From assembly GCA_965225855.1 (NCBI GenBank), contig CBDDCK010000001.1:128001-192000 (forward strand): a stretch of 64,000 nt of DNA, in the 5' to 3' direction. The position numbers and the translations under genes are program-made. Positions 38,991-48,853 of this stretch are shown here, in pieces; the first letter of the stretch is position 1; each line of letters starts with the position of its first letter. The notes below the pieces were generated by a model. That model was not told the DNA's origin. It was given only the letters and a program-made list of their open reading frames with translations, and searched no databases. The stretch is from Spirochaetia bacterium. Its GTDB lineage: Bacteria; Spirochaetota; Spirochaetia; SP-2023.

Positions 38991-39446
38991 ATGATTCGGG
39001 TAGAATGTTGTCTGCTTGAACATGGTTCTAGTCTACCAATTTACAGCAATAATTTGGCATCTGGCGCCGATATAAGAGCTGCTTTGGCCTGTAAACCTTA
39101 CGATGGTTGCTTGCTATTGCCTGTTGGTGATAAAGTCAAAGTACCAACAGCTCTAAAAATGGCATTACCGAATGGATACGAAGCGCAAGTGAGGCCGCGC
39201 TCTGGCCTTGCAGCCAAACATGGTATTACAGTATTGAATGCGCCAGGCACTATTGATTCAGACTACCGCGGAGAAATTTTCATCCTACTTATTAATTATG
39301 GGAAAAATGATTTTTTGATAAAACACGGCGACCGAATAGCTCAATTAGTTATTACTCCTACTATGCAAGTAGGTTTTTGTCAAGTTCGTGCCTTGCCAGA
39401 AACAGAAAGAGGGGAAAAAGGCTTTGGTTCAACTGGAATACAATGA
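38991..39446 (+). CDS. dut: dUTP diphosphatase
   Basis: SGADIRA, QVRPRSGLA, GTIDSDYRGE, GDRIAQL, RGEKGFGSTG. Confidence 0.96.
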   Translation: MIRVECCLLEHGSSLPIYSNNLASGADIRAALACKPYDGCLLLPVGDKVKVPTALKMALPNGYEAQVRPRSGLAAKHGITVLNAPGTIDSDYRGEIFILLINYGKNDFLIKHGDRIAQLVITPTMQVGFCQVRALPETERGEKGFGSTGIQ

Positions 39447-39483
39447 ATCTTCAACTAAATATCAAAAGTCGTTAGCGAGTTCA

Positions 39484-40674
39484 TTGCTGAAAAAATCTTT
39501 TCTCCTACTTGTTTATTTATCTCTTTTTCTGCTCTTCTGCTGCCGTAGTACAAATAACACCCCTACTGTCCGTCAACGCATTGATGCTTTAACGCCGGAT
39601 AGCCGTATTTTACAGGCAGAACAATTTTTCCGTGAGGATGATCAAAAATGGGCCTTGTATGCTTGGAACCAAACTCAATTAGAAGATTTGGTAAGCAATG
39701 AAGCCCGTGAAACATACCGCCTACTAAAACATTGGTTGTTTGTCCAGCCAGTGGATATTGCTAGTTTGGAAAATATGCAAATTTCAGCCATGTACTTGGA
39801 TTATGACGATCTATGGTTGGGTACATGGAATGGCGGTATTTACCGTCTTAGCCTAAGTAGTGGAGAAAATTTTATTTTGGAACAAGATACCCCTTCTTTA
39901 GTACCCAAAGTTGTTTATCGTATTCGCAAAAGTGGCAACGCATTTTGGTTTGCTATGCACCAAGGCCTACGTTTTTATAACTACCAAACAGGCTTGGGAG
40001 GCTGGTTACCCATAACTTTAAGCAAGTCTCAAAAAGCAAGGGCTATCAGTGATTTTTTAGAAAATTCTAACGGTCTTTTTGTGTCTTCTTTGACGCATGG
40101 GGTCCAAAGGCGTACAATAGAAGGAAACACTTATTCTGTTGGAACAAAAACGCTAAAGCGAACCATTGTAGCCTTAGAATACGAAGACAGTATTGGTTTG
40201 CTCATTGGCACAGCACAGCAAGGAGCATATCGCTGGAAAGATGGCGTTATCGAAGCTTTAGAAAAGCTTCAACCCATTTTTCGTAATTTAACCCATGTCA
40301 ATCATATTGTGAATGATGGAACTTCCCTTTGGTTTGCCTCTTCAGGGGAAGGCTTATTTCGATGGAATTACTTGGCCAATGAGTCCTACCAACTAGATAC
40401 AGAAAGCTCTATACTTCGCAGTAACAGAATTAGTGCATTGTTTCACAGTGGCGACTGGCTATTTATTGGAGATGAAAAGGGAGGGATTTTTGGTTACCAT
40501 TTGCCAGAGAAAAAATGGTATATCTGGGACAATGGCCGAAATCTTGAATTTATTAGTATCAGTGCTCTTGCCTACAGTGATGGTAAATTGTTTTACAGTA
40601 CTTTAGCTGGAGGTGTGTATCAAATCCATTGGTTAAAATATTTGTTTGCTTTGAAAGCAAAAGAAAACCGATAA
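39484..40674 (+). CDS. beta-propeller lipoprotein (start uncertain)
   Basis: LLF-CC lipobox-like; repeated LWLGTWNGGIY / LWFASSGEGLF / LFIGDEKGGIF blades. Confidence 0.7.
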   Translation: MLKKSFLLLVYLSLFLLFCCRSTNNTPTVRQRIDALTPDSRILQAEQFFREDDQKWALYAWNQTQLEDLVSNEARETYRLLKHWLFVQPVDIASLENMQISAMYLDYDDLWLGTWNGGIYRLSLSSGENFILEQDTPSLVPKVVYRIRKSGNAFWFAMHQGLRFYNYQTGLGGWLPITLSKSQKARAISDFLENSNGLFVSSLTHGVQRRTIEGNTYSVGTKTLKRTIVALEYEDSIGLLIGTAQQGAYRWKDGVIEALEKLQPIFRNLTHVNHIVNDGTSLWFASSGEGLFRWNYLANESYQLDTESSILRSNRISALFHSGDWLFIGDEKGGIFGYHLPEKKWYIWDNGRNLEFISISALAYSDGKLFYSTLAGGVYQIHWLKYLFALKAKENR

Positions 40675-40725
40675 GCATTATTCTGCAATTCCAAATAGTT
40701 TCAAATTTTATTAGGGTATTTATTC

Positions 40726-41703
40726 ATGGGAAAATTTAACCTCAATTTATTAATTTTAATTTTAGTTATCTTAGTTATCGTTATGCAAGCGCGCTCTTGC
40801 CTGAAAGAATCGGAAATATCCGGAAGCCAAACGGTAAGTCAAAGCCAAACAAACGTGATTGTTCAGCCATTAGATAATAATGTTGCTGCCGGTTTGGATT
40901 TAGAGGCTTTAGGGGCCTTACTAAGCCAAGCAGATAACGCAGAACAATTAGAGCAATTATTAAACCAAAAAAACGGCATCAACAATTTAGACCTAAATGA
41001 AGATAATATTGTCGATTTTATTTCTGTTACTGAATTTGGTTCTGTTGATGAGCGGGGCTTTGCACTTAGTACAGAAATCGCTGACGGGGTAGAGCAAGAA
41101 ATTGCAACTATCAGAGTACAGCAAGAAAATCTTGAAGGCTCCGAGCCAAAACAAGCGCAAGTCCAAATCCAAGGCAATGAAACTTTGTATGGGCCCAACG
41201 CTTATTACCATTCGCGCATCAGCTTTAGCGATGTTCTGCTACTTTCTTGGCTATTCAGCTACCACCCGCCTTATTATTCCCCATTTGCCTGGGGTTACTA
41301 CCCAGCTTATTATGGTAGTGGCTACAGCCGTGTTACCCGCACTCAATATCGTTCAAACAGCGAAAATTTTAAAAATCGTGCGGCGCAGAATAATCGAGCG
41401 AGCAGCTTTAAAAAAAGCAATAAACCTCAATTTCAGCCCAAAAGCACTTCGCCAAAGGCAAATGCCAATGCTATGCATTCGCGCCGCAGCTCATTGAGCA
41501 ATCCCAACCGCAGTCAGCGCAGCTTTAGTATCAATCAAAACAACCGCCCAAACAATAACACCAAAACTCCTGTGACAAATCCCAGAACAAGTACAAGCAG
41601 CCGTAGCTCACTGAGTAGTCCAAGCCGAAGCCAGCGCAGCTTTAGTACAATACGGCGTTCTTCTGGGCAGCGTAGTCGCAGTAGTTTTGGCGGTGGTAAA
41701 TAG
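40726..41703 (+). CDS. membrane-anchored protein with EF-hand-like motif and Ser/Arg-rich tail ending GGGK
   Basis: N-terminal hydrophobic helix; INNLDLNEDNIVDFI; Tyr/Trp/Pro segment; low-complexity tail. Confidence 0.7.
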   Translation: MGKFNLNLLILILVILVIVMQARSCLKESEISGSQTVSQSQTNVIVQPLDNNVAAGLDLEALGALLSQADNAEQLEQLLNQKNGINNLDLNEDNIVDFISVTEFGSVDERGFALSTEIADGVEQEIATIRVQQENLEGSEPKQAQVQIQGNETLYGPNAYYHSRISFSDVLLLSWLFSYHPPYYSPFAWGYYPAYYGSGYSRVTRTQYRSNSENFKNRAAQNNRASSFKKSNKPQFQPKSTSPKANANAMHSRRSSLSNPNRSQRSFSINQNNRPNNNTKTPVTNPRTSTSSRSSLSSPSRSQRSFSTIRRSSGQRSRSSFGGGK

Positions 41704-41713
41704 GTAACAGACG

Positions 41714-42688
41714 ATGAAGAATGATATTATTTCTATAAGTGCGTTAAGACAAAGCATGGCCAATATTTTTGGTTTAGGGCCTGCGTCCGACTGGGCTGAC
41801 TGGCTTTTCACTTTGGGCAATTTTGAGCTAATATTACAAGTAGTGTTATTTTTTTGCCTGCTGTTAGTAGGGCGTTATATTTATGATTTAGTAACCCCAT
41901 TTTCCCTAGCAGAAGTTCTTACCACGCGCGACAACAAGGCTCTTTCTTGTTCATTTGCTTGTTATTTAGGTGGCTTGTGTATCGTGATTGCCGGTGTCTA
42001 TAGTAGTGCTTCCAGCTCTTTACCCCAAGAATTAGCTTATTGGCATTACTTATTATATCGTTTGAGTGATACATTTTTCTGGGGAGCAATCGGTATTTGC
42101 CTATTAATTTTAGCGCAAGCCATTAATAATCGAATGATACTTTCTCATTTCAATAATTATAGTCAGATTATCGATAGGCAAAATCTTTCTGCTGGGATAA
42201 CAGAGGGTGCTAGCTATCTTGCTTCTGGAATATTACTTTATGCTGTAATGCAAGGGGCTGATGATAGCTTCTCAGTAGATATTTTATTAACTGTATTTTA
42301 TTTTATTCTGGGGCAATTAGCTTTAGTTTTTTATAGCCGTTTTTTCATTACCATACGACAAAAACATTGGAATTTTCACCATGAAATTGAAAAACAAAAC
42401 ATAGCTGCAGCAATTCACTTTTCCTTTAGTTTTATTAGTTTTGCCCTTTTGCTTGCAGCTTATATAGCCTTGTTTGATTCTATTTATGGCCTTTTGCTTG
42501 CGGCAGTTACTGCAATTATTTTCGTTTTATTGCTCCATGTGCTAATCGATAAATTTTTCTTCCCTAAAATTTCCCTGCAGCAAGAAATTTCCATAGACCA
42601 AAATTGGGGAGCAGCTTTGATTGAAGGTTTCCTTTTATTAGATTTCTGTGTTGTTAGTGTGGTTGCATTTTCTTCTTATTTAGCCTAA
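41714..42688 (+). CDS. tandem DUF350 membrane protein
   Basis: Repeated E...N.A motifs (DNKALS, QNLSAG, QNIAAA, QNWGAA) between TM helices. Confidence 0.75.
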   Translation: MKNDIISISALRQSMANIFGLGPASDWADWLFTLGNFELILQVVLFFCLLLVGRYIYDLVTPFSLAEVLTTRDNKALSCSFACYLGGLCIVIAGVYSSASSSLPQELAYWHYLLYRLSDTFFWGAIGICLLILAQAINNRMILSHFNNYSQIIDRQNLSAGITEGASYLASGILLYAVMQGADDSFSVDILLTVFYFILGQLALVFYSRFFITIRQKHWNFHHEIEKQNIAAAIHFSFSFISFALLLAAYIALFDSIYGLLLAAVTAIIFVLLLHVLIDKFFFPKISLQQEISIDQNWGAALIEGFLLLDFCVVSVVAFSSYLA

Positions 42689-42739
42689 AATTGCCGCGTT
42701 TTAGTTTCTTTCAAGCAAAGAATTAGGAGACTTACCATT

Positions 42740-43519
42740 ATGAACGGATTCGATATTGAAACTCAAGAATGGAATGAAGAAAAATCTTGCCAATTCGCTT
42801 CCATTTATTTGCTACACCAAATAGATGAAGGAGCAGATATTCCTATTACACTTGATGAAAACTATCAATTTATTGAGCCTCTTTTGGAGGAATTGCATTG
42901 CAAAAAATACATTGATATTGATGGTACTTCCTACCGCCTTAATGAAAATGGTCAACAAGTGCTCAATCGTTTTTATCGCCGCTACGAAGAATATTTGCGG
43001 GTTTACGATATTTTTAGTGCTGTCGATTTGAATACTGGGGAATTTGCTTTTGCTAAATATTTTGATTTTGAAAGTGATGATGCTTGGTATGCTTATCTTG
43101 ATGATGAACGTTGGTCTGACTTGCGCCTTGCGGTTGCCCGACTCAAAAAGTTAGATGCCCATGAAATTGTGTTTATGAGCTTTTTAAATGAAGAACGTTT
43201 TGGTTCTGATCAAAATGGCTGGCAATTTGATTTAATTTTAGGTTCAATTTGGAATGAAATCCGCGATATTTGCCGCAACGCAATTACAGTAGAAGAATTA
43301 GGTAGTCAAGAAAAACTGGTTGAGTTCACGCGTCAAGGTTCCGATTTGTTAATCCAGTTGCTGGAACATGAAAAAAAACTTCAAGAATGGGAGCGCGAAA
43401 ATACAAATACAGATAATCATGGCAATGATTATGAAGTTGTCGAAATTGAAGAATTTTACCCTTATCGCGATCCATTTTATGTTTCGCCATTTTGGGCCAC
43501 ACCACTGTTTTTCCTTTGA
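42740..43519 (+). CDS. conserved hypothetical protein, possible winged-helix N-terminal part
   Basis: AGGAG RBS; acidic ORF; LEELHCKKYIDIDGTSYRLNENG wHTH-like; co-oriented with the DUF350 gene. Confidence 0.7.
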   Translation: MNGFDIETQEWNEEKSCQFASIYLLHQIDEGADIPITLDENYQFIEPLLEELHCKKYIDIDGTSYRLNENGQQVLNRFYRRYEEYLRVYDIFSAVDLNTGEFAFAKYFDFESDDAWYAYLDDERWSDLRLAVARLKKLDAHEIVFMSFLNEERFGSDQNGWQFDLILGSIWNEIRDICRNAITVEELGSQEKLVEFTRQGSDLLIQLLEHEKKLQEWERENTNTDNHGNDYEVVEIEEFYPYRDPFYVSPFWATPLFFL

Positions 43520-43566
43520 GTTATATTCCTAGGAGAACATATTAGAATAATAAGGCGATAGAAAAA

Positions 43567-43821
43567 ATGAATTTAGATAGGATTTTAAATACCATAGGTA
43601 AAAGATGCTTTAGAAACTGTTACGAGATTGCATCTAAAAAAGGTCAAGATTTAAATATAAATGACTTATTAAAATATGATCCAATTTTGAGAAACACGGA
43701 AGCATCCGCATTAAGAACAAGACTAAAAGCTATTAAAAGAATATTTAGAGAAAACTTACAAGAGGAAGCCTTAGAATTATCAAAAAATGCCAAAAATTAT
43801 AAGAATAAGGATAATAATTAA
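43567..43821 (+). CDS. small hypothetical protein, very AT-rich
   Basis: 84-aa ORF with plausible composition. Confidence 0.55.
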   Translation: MNLDRILNTIGKRCFRNCYEIASKKGQDLNINDLLKYDPILRNTEASALRTRLKAIKRIFRENLQEEALELSKNAKNYKNKDNN

Positions 43822-44357
43822 ATTCTCTCTTTGTAGTTTCTTTTGTTAAAATTCTTTTTCACATTCAGCAAAAAAGAAACAAACTTGATTTGGCCCATAG
43901 CTTACGGTATTTTAGTGCACCAAAGCGATTTTACTACGCCAGATATATTTACAAAAAATATAAATACCACCTAATAAAATCTATGCGTAACCTTCTTTGA
44001 AAGAGGACATGATAACTGAACGGGATAAGACGTGATAACTCGGGATTTTTTGGAACAAATGGGAAGGTAAAATTGGCTTACTTTCCAAAATAAAAAAGTA
44101 AAACCAAAATAAAAAAGTAAAAAATTTTCATTGCACGAGAAAAAGCCAGAATCCATTTTAAACACCAAACCAGAGCAAAAAACGCTCAAAACTTCAAAAA
44201 GCCAAAGCGGTGCTAGGATAACCAAACCATGCACCGCTTTTTTTGTGCCTTTCAGCTGAATCCACAAATGGAACAAGTAAAAAATTTTTGTTTTTCGGCA
44301 TATGGGTTGTCGGCAACAATATGCTTTTAAAATATCATGGTAACGGGCCGTAGTCTC

Positions 44358-44400
44358 AAAAAGCTAGTAAGGTTTTGACTGAAAACCTTACTAGCTTTTT
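44358..44400. terminator. 19-bp perfect inverted repeat, bidirectional-terminator-like
   Basis: AAAAAGCTAGTAAGGTTTT-gactg-AAAACCTTACTAGCTTTTT. Confidence 0.6.
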
Positions 44401-44620
44401 TGATTGGCAACCTGGGGATTTTCCAACGAGGCTGTGGCAGTCTCTAAAAAAATTGCAAAAAATTGTATTGTATTATTTTGCTAAAAACTGGGCTGTACTG
44501 CGATACAAAAAACTCAAATTCTTATACCAAATTCTTATACTTTGTGCCATGATGTTTCGTACGATCATACGCAACGCAACACCCGGACTGCGTCTAGCGT
44601 ATTACAAATTTTTACCCAAG

Positions 44621-44660
44621 CAATCTCAAGGTATCTCAAGGTATCTCAAATAATCTCAAG
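44621..44660 (+). repeat. 4 x 10-bp tandem repeat nnATCTCAAR
   Basis: caatctcaag gtatctcaag gtatctcaaa taatctcaag. Confidence 0.85.
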
Positions 44661-44765
44661 ACTTTTGATTGGCATGGATTTTAACCACCTTACAACACAA
44701 AACAACACTAAGACACAAAAAAAGTGCCCCAAACATAAAAAAAGACAAAAAAACTTATATGGGCC

Positions 44766-44792
44766 TTGACGCAACACCCCCCCTAGCAAAAT
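44766..44792 (+). promoter_or_regulatory. putative sigma70 promoter with C7 tract in spacer (copy 2)
   Basis: Identical to 1062-1088. Confidence 0.5.
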
Positions 44793-44855
44793 GGGGATTT
44801 ACACACTAGCCCGTATGGGTTGGCCAATCTTTATCCATTTTTGGAGGTATTGCTT

Positions 44856-46787
44856 ATGTATAAGCACAAACTACTTTTATTGCCTGTAGCCTTGCTACTG
44901 GCCTTTATGGCCTTTGCCTGCGCCCCACCCGATGACGATGATGCGCCATCTTCTGGGCCGACTATCAATAAGGCCATCTACGATGTTGGCACGGCACTGT
45001 TAACCTTGCAAGGTACTAACTTAAGTCCTACAACTGCGACCCAAGCGCAAATCCAAACCATCAAAGTATATGGCGTAGCCTTCAGTTCCTATACTGCAGA
45101 TGACCCAGCCACTGGTGAAGATAGTAGCGATCTTGCAAAAGGTAAGTACCGTATTGCAAACGATGGCACAGCGCTTTGGCTGAAACTTAAAGATGAACAT
45201 AAAGTTACTCTGAATGGCAAGACAGGTATGGATAGCAATGGTAGAAAAGATGGGTTGCTTACTAGCACTGGTGCTTGGGCGGGTTTAAATACAGCCAAAG
45301 ACTTGGTCGTTAAGTATATACCCGATAAGCAGTCTAAAGTATCCGATGACAATCAGCCATCTAAGCAAACTGAAGACGAACAAGACGAAGATCAGTCGCC
45401 TAAGCAACCTAAAGACGAACAAGACGAACAAGACGAAGATCAGTCGCCTAAGCAACCTAAAGACGAACAAGACGAACAAGACGAAGATCAGTCGCCTAAG
45501 CAACCTAAAGACGAACAAGACGAACAAGACGAAGATCAGTCGCCTAAGCAACCTAAAGACGAACAAGTCGAACAAGTCGAAGATCAGTCGCCTAAGCAAC
45601 CTAAAGACGAACAAGACGAACAAGACGAAGATCAGTCGCCTAAGCAACCTAAAGACGAACAAGTCGAACAAGTCGAAGAGGAGTCGCCTGAAGCCGCAAT
45701 TACCCGTGCAAGCTACAATGTTACTTCAGGCTTCTTAGTGATTACAGGTGTCAATTTACCAGCAGCAGTTACAGGCTGGGACTTTAGCAAATTGACGCTT
45801 GTATCCGGTGATCGTACTAATAGATTCACATTACCTAAGCACTCAACTTTAGTTAGAAACACAGCCATAGGTTCTTCAGCAAGTGCAACAAAATTATTTA
45901 TTTTTTTAAGAGGTAGTGTAAAAGTCAAAGCCGATAAGATACTGGTTAAGGATGGTGTTCGTGATGCTAATGGTGCATACAACCTGGAAGCAGCAGCAGG
46001 ATTTGCAGGTGGTAACGCAGCAGACACAACCAATCCTATTACCGTTAGCGGGCATACAACCAGCATCACCAAAGCACAATACGATTCTAATACAGGCGTG
46101 TTATTGATTCAGGGTATCAAGTTACCGAAAACAGTTACAGACTGGGACTTTAGCAAATTGACGCTTGTATCCGGTGATGGTACTAATAGATACACATTAC
46201 CCCAGCACGCAACTGCAGGTGAAAACACAGCCTCAGGTTCTAATGCAAGTGCAACAAGCTTAACGATTACTTTAAGCGGTAGTATAAAAGCGGAAGCCGA
46301 GAAGATACTGGTTAAGGATGGTGTTCGTGATGCTAATGGTGCATACAACCTGGAAGCAGCAGCAGGCTTTGTACCTGGTAATCCAGCAGACACAAGCAAC
46401 CCGATTACCGTTAGTGGCTACGTAAGCCAGATCAACTCCGTAATCTACAGAACTAGAGGCTTGTTATTGATTTATGGTAGCAGGTTACCGACAGCAGTTG
46501 CAGACTGGGACTTTAGCAAATTGACGCTTGTATCCGGTGATGGTAGTAAGAGATTCACATTACCCCAGCACGCAACCGAAGGCGCAAACAAAGCCACAGG
46601 TTCTCGTGCAATTGCAACAAGCTTAACGATTACTTTAAGCGGTAGTGTAAAAGCCAAAGTCAATGCTATACTGGTTAAGGCTGGTCTTGGTGATGCTAAT
46701 GGTGCATACAACCTGGAAGCAGCAGCAGGCTTTGCAGGTGGTAGCACTGAAGACCCAACCACTGGTATTCAAGTTACAAGTTGGTAA
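44856..46787 (+). CDS. repeat-containing surface lipoprotein (copy 2)
   Basis: GGAGG RBS, AFA-C lipobox, same architecture as 1152-3050. Confidence 0.85.
   Translation: MYKHKLLLLPVALLLAFMAFACAPPDDDDAPSSGPTINKAIYDVGTALLTLQGTNLSPTTATQAQIQTIKVYGVAFSSYTADDPATGEDSSDLAKGKYRIANDGTALWLKLKDEHKVTLNGKTGMDSNGRKDGLLTSTGAWAGLNTAKDLVVKYIPDKQSKVSDDNQPSKQTEDEQDEDQSPKQPKDEQDEQDEDQSPKQPKDEQDEQDEDQSPKQPKDEQDEQDEDQSPKQPKDEQVEQVEDQSPKQPKDEQDEQDEDQSPKQPKDEQVEQVEEESPEAAITRASYNVTSGFLVITGVNLPAAVTGWDFSKLTLVSGDRTNRFTLPKHSTLVRNTAIGSSASATKLFIFLRGSVKVKADKILVKDGVRDANGAYNLEAAAGFAGGNAADTTNPITVSGHTTSITKAQYDSNTGVLLIQGIKLPKTVTDWDFSKLTLVSGDGTNRYTLPQHATAGENTASGSNASATSLTITLSGSIKAEAEKILVKDGVRDANGAYNLEAAAGFVPGNPADTSNPITVSGYVSQINSVIYRTRGLLLIYGSRLPTAVADWDFSKLTLVSGDGSKRFTLPQHATEGANKATGSRAIATSLTITLSGSVKAKVNAILVKAGLGDANGAYNLEAAAGFAGGSTEDPTTGIQVTSW
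45364..45692 (+). repeat. intragenic 48-bp tandem repeat (6x SPKQPKDEQ..)
   Basis: gaagatcagtcgcctaagcaacctaaagacgaacaa repeated. Confidence 0.95.
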
Positions 46788-46825
46788 GTAGGGTTTGGTT
46801 GTTGCAACGCTTGCATTTGAAAATT

Positions 46826-46990
46826 GCAACCTTGGTAAGTTTTTTAGCAAGGTTGCTTTTATCAAATTATAGCCTTGGTATGGAGAAAATACCAAGGCTG
46901 GAAAAAAATTTATTAAGGCTGGAAATTTTTTTGTCAAGGCTGGAAATTTTTTTATCAAGGTTGCTTTTGCCAATTACAGCCTTGGTAAAT
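46826..46990 (+). repeat. palindrome/terminator array with three 21-bp direct repeats (copy 2)
   Basis: GCAACCTTG/CAAGGTTGC; TAGCCTTGGTAT/ATACCAAGGCTG; aaggctggaaa... units at 46894, 46915, 46936. Confidence 0.85.
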
Positions 46991-47064
46991 ACGGGAAGCC
47001 AATATAGCCAAAGGCTGGTACAACCAAGCTAAAAAGAACAAAAAATTTGGAAGCCGAATTACAG

Positions 47065-47229
47065 GCTTAATTATTTTGATTATTATAGGATTTCTCCACA
47101 ATACCCCATAAGTAAGTGTTTATCAATTTCTGTTATTCCATCTGGGATAGTTGGGTAAACACTAAATAATTCATCTAAATAATTTCTTTGATTGGCAAAT
47201 TCAATACTCAATTGAGTCCAGTAATTCAT
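47065..47229 (-). pseudogene. 5' relic of a type II restriction endonuclease (Tsp45I-like), not in ORF track
   Basis: Manual translation MNYWTQLSIEFANQRNYLDELFSVYPTIPDGITEID, then a CTTA duplication shifts the frame away from WGIVEKSYNNQNN; family recognised from memory. Confidence 0.6.
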
Positions 47230-47295
47230 TTATATTTTTCTATTTATCGTCTCAAAATTATTTTAATGCTCATTATCATCTAATCTTATGCTGAC

Positions 47296-48087
47296 TTATT
47301 TCAGTATAGTACCGACAAAATTTTGGCCTCTAAGAATTTTCTGCAAATTATCTAAATTTCGGCCATCGGCAAAAATCAGTTCCAAACCAATCTCTGCTGC
47401 ACGGGCTGTAGCCATCGGATCAAAAGGCATGGATTGACCAGGATTCCATTGATTACTAATCATTTTCTGATAATTTTCCCAACTCAATTCAACAAGTGGC
47501 CTCGCATTGGTATTTTGAGCGGGGTCATCATCATAAATTTGAGCGATGTTCGATAAGCATAAAAGTCGTTTTGCGCCAACATGTTCAGCTAATAAAACAG
47601 AATCATAATCTGTAGAAAAACCAGGTTTCCAGCCACTGCCAACGACAATACGCCCAAGTGTATCTACAGGGGGTAAATTGTCATATTGGGTGAGAAGAGG
47701 TTGTGTAACAAAGCCTTGCGATGGCATATCTTTATCTTTGAAGCTAGAAGCTAATAAGCGTATAAATTCTCCATTTAAATGGGTGGCGCGAATACCCTGC
47801 CAATCTAAAGCTTCATTAGATAATTTGGGCAATATAATATCTTGTTGCAACTTCTGATGCACAGCCAAAGCGGCCATTTGATAACGCCTTGCAGGAGCCC
47901 CCCCGCCAACAACCAGCCCTAGATGGCGCAATTCATCTTTTTGCCACCAGTTATGTAAAAAACTTAAAAGCTCCGTTATAAAGGTTACATCTGGCCCTTC
48001 ACAATTTACAGGAGAAACAATAGCCCCCCCCAGGTCAATTATCAACCATTGCTTTTGTTCTTCATGTTGCATACACACTTGTTCCAT
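47296..48087 (-). CDS. pyrH: UMP kinase (archaeal/spirochaetal type)
   Basis: LGG.IV.P, VVGGGAPARRYQ, DWQGIRATHLN, GWKPGFSTDYD, PFDP.A. Confidence 0.9.
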   Translation of the reverse strand: MEQVCMQHEEQKQWLIIDLGGAIVSPVNCEGPDVTFITELLSFLHNWWQKDELRHLGLVVGGGAPARRYQMAALAVHQKLQQDIILPKLSNEALDWQGIRATHLNGEFIRLLASSFKDKDMPSQGFVTQPLLTQYDNLPPVDTLGRIVVGSGWKPGFSTDYDSVLLAEHVGAKRLLCLSNIAQIYDDDPAQNTNARPLVELSWENYQKMISNQWNPGQSMPFDPMATARAAEIGLELIFADGRNLDNLQKILRGQNFVGTILK

Positions 48088-48105
48088 AATCCCATAGATG
48101 ATTGA

Positions 48106-48819
48106 TTATTGAAAGAAACCATTATCAGAATCAATAAAGCCCAAATAGGTTAGCGGACTTTTGACAATGGCTAGCTCAACCTCGTCAATATAAGCCGATT
48201 GCGCCATAAATGCGATAACAAAACTTGTGTAAACTGGATTCTTAGCATATTCGGAAAAATCAGAAGATTTGCGTCCTTTAATATCCCTATCACTAGATAG
48301 ATTATACTCACCATAAAATGATTTACGGCTGCTATCGGTTGTCGATACAGCAACGTTGCGCCGTACATTATAGGGCGACGAGCCTCCTTCAACAGAAACA
48401 CGAATATAATTGCCTGTATCACCTGGCAACTTTGTAATAGTTACAAGCTTATTTATTGCAATACCCCGAAAATAATAACCATCATTGACATTGGCACTAA
48501 GGTATAATTCATGAAAATCTTTCTTACGAATCTCGTCGCTGTCATCATTTTGATTGGAATCTACAAAATATTGTTCGTCAGCATCAATTAATTTATTGGT
48601 ATTGGTCTTGCTGATATAGGGATAAATTTTATACCAAACAATATAGCGGGTAATTTTATCATCATTCGGTGTTTTAAAAACTAAATTATTATCTTTAGAA
48701 CTCGTGCTATCTACGGAAATAGGGCTTTCGGGTATCTCCACAATATCAGGTAACCCACAGCTGCTAAATAAAACTATGTAGACAGCTGCGAGGTATTTTT
48801 TCCAGTTGTTCACTTTCAA
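48106..48819 (-). CDS. hypothetical lipoprotein
   Basis: LFSS-CG lipobox. Confidence 0.7.
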   Translation of the reverse strand: MKVNNWKKYLAAVYIVLFSSCGLPDIVEIPESPISVDSTSSKDNNLVFKTPNDDKITRYIVWYKIYPYISKTNTNKLIDADEQYFVDSNQNDDSDEIRKKDFHELYLSANVNDGYYFRGIAINKLVTITKLPGDTGNYIRVSVEGGSSPYNVRRNVAVSTTDSSRKSFYGEYNLSSDRDIKGRKSSDFSEYAKNPVYTSFVIAFMAQSAYIDEVELAIVKSPLTYLGFIDSDNGFFQ

Positions 48820-48853
48820 AAACTTTGTATCGCTATCTTATGGAAAACAATTT

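Noticed and set aside
43971..44769. ORFs 43971-44276, 44375-44653 and 44542-44769 as proteins
   Set aside because: Composition mirrors A/T tracts and hairpins; no RBS or recognisable motifs.
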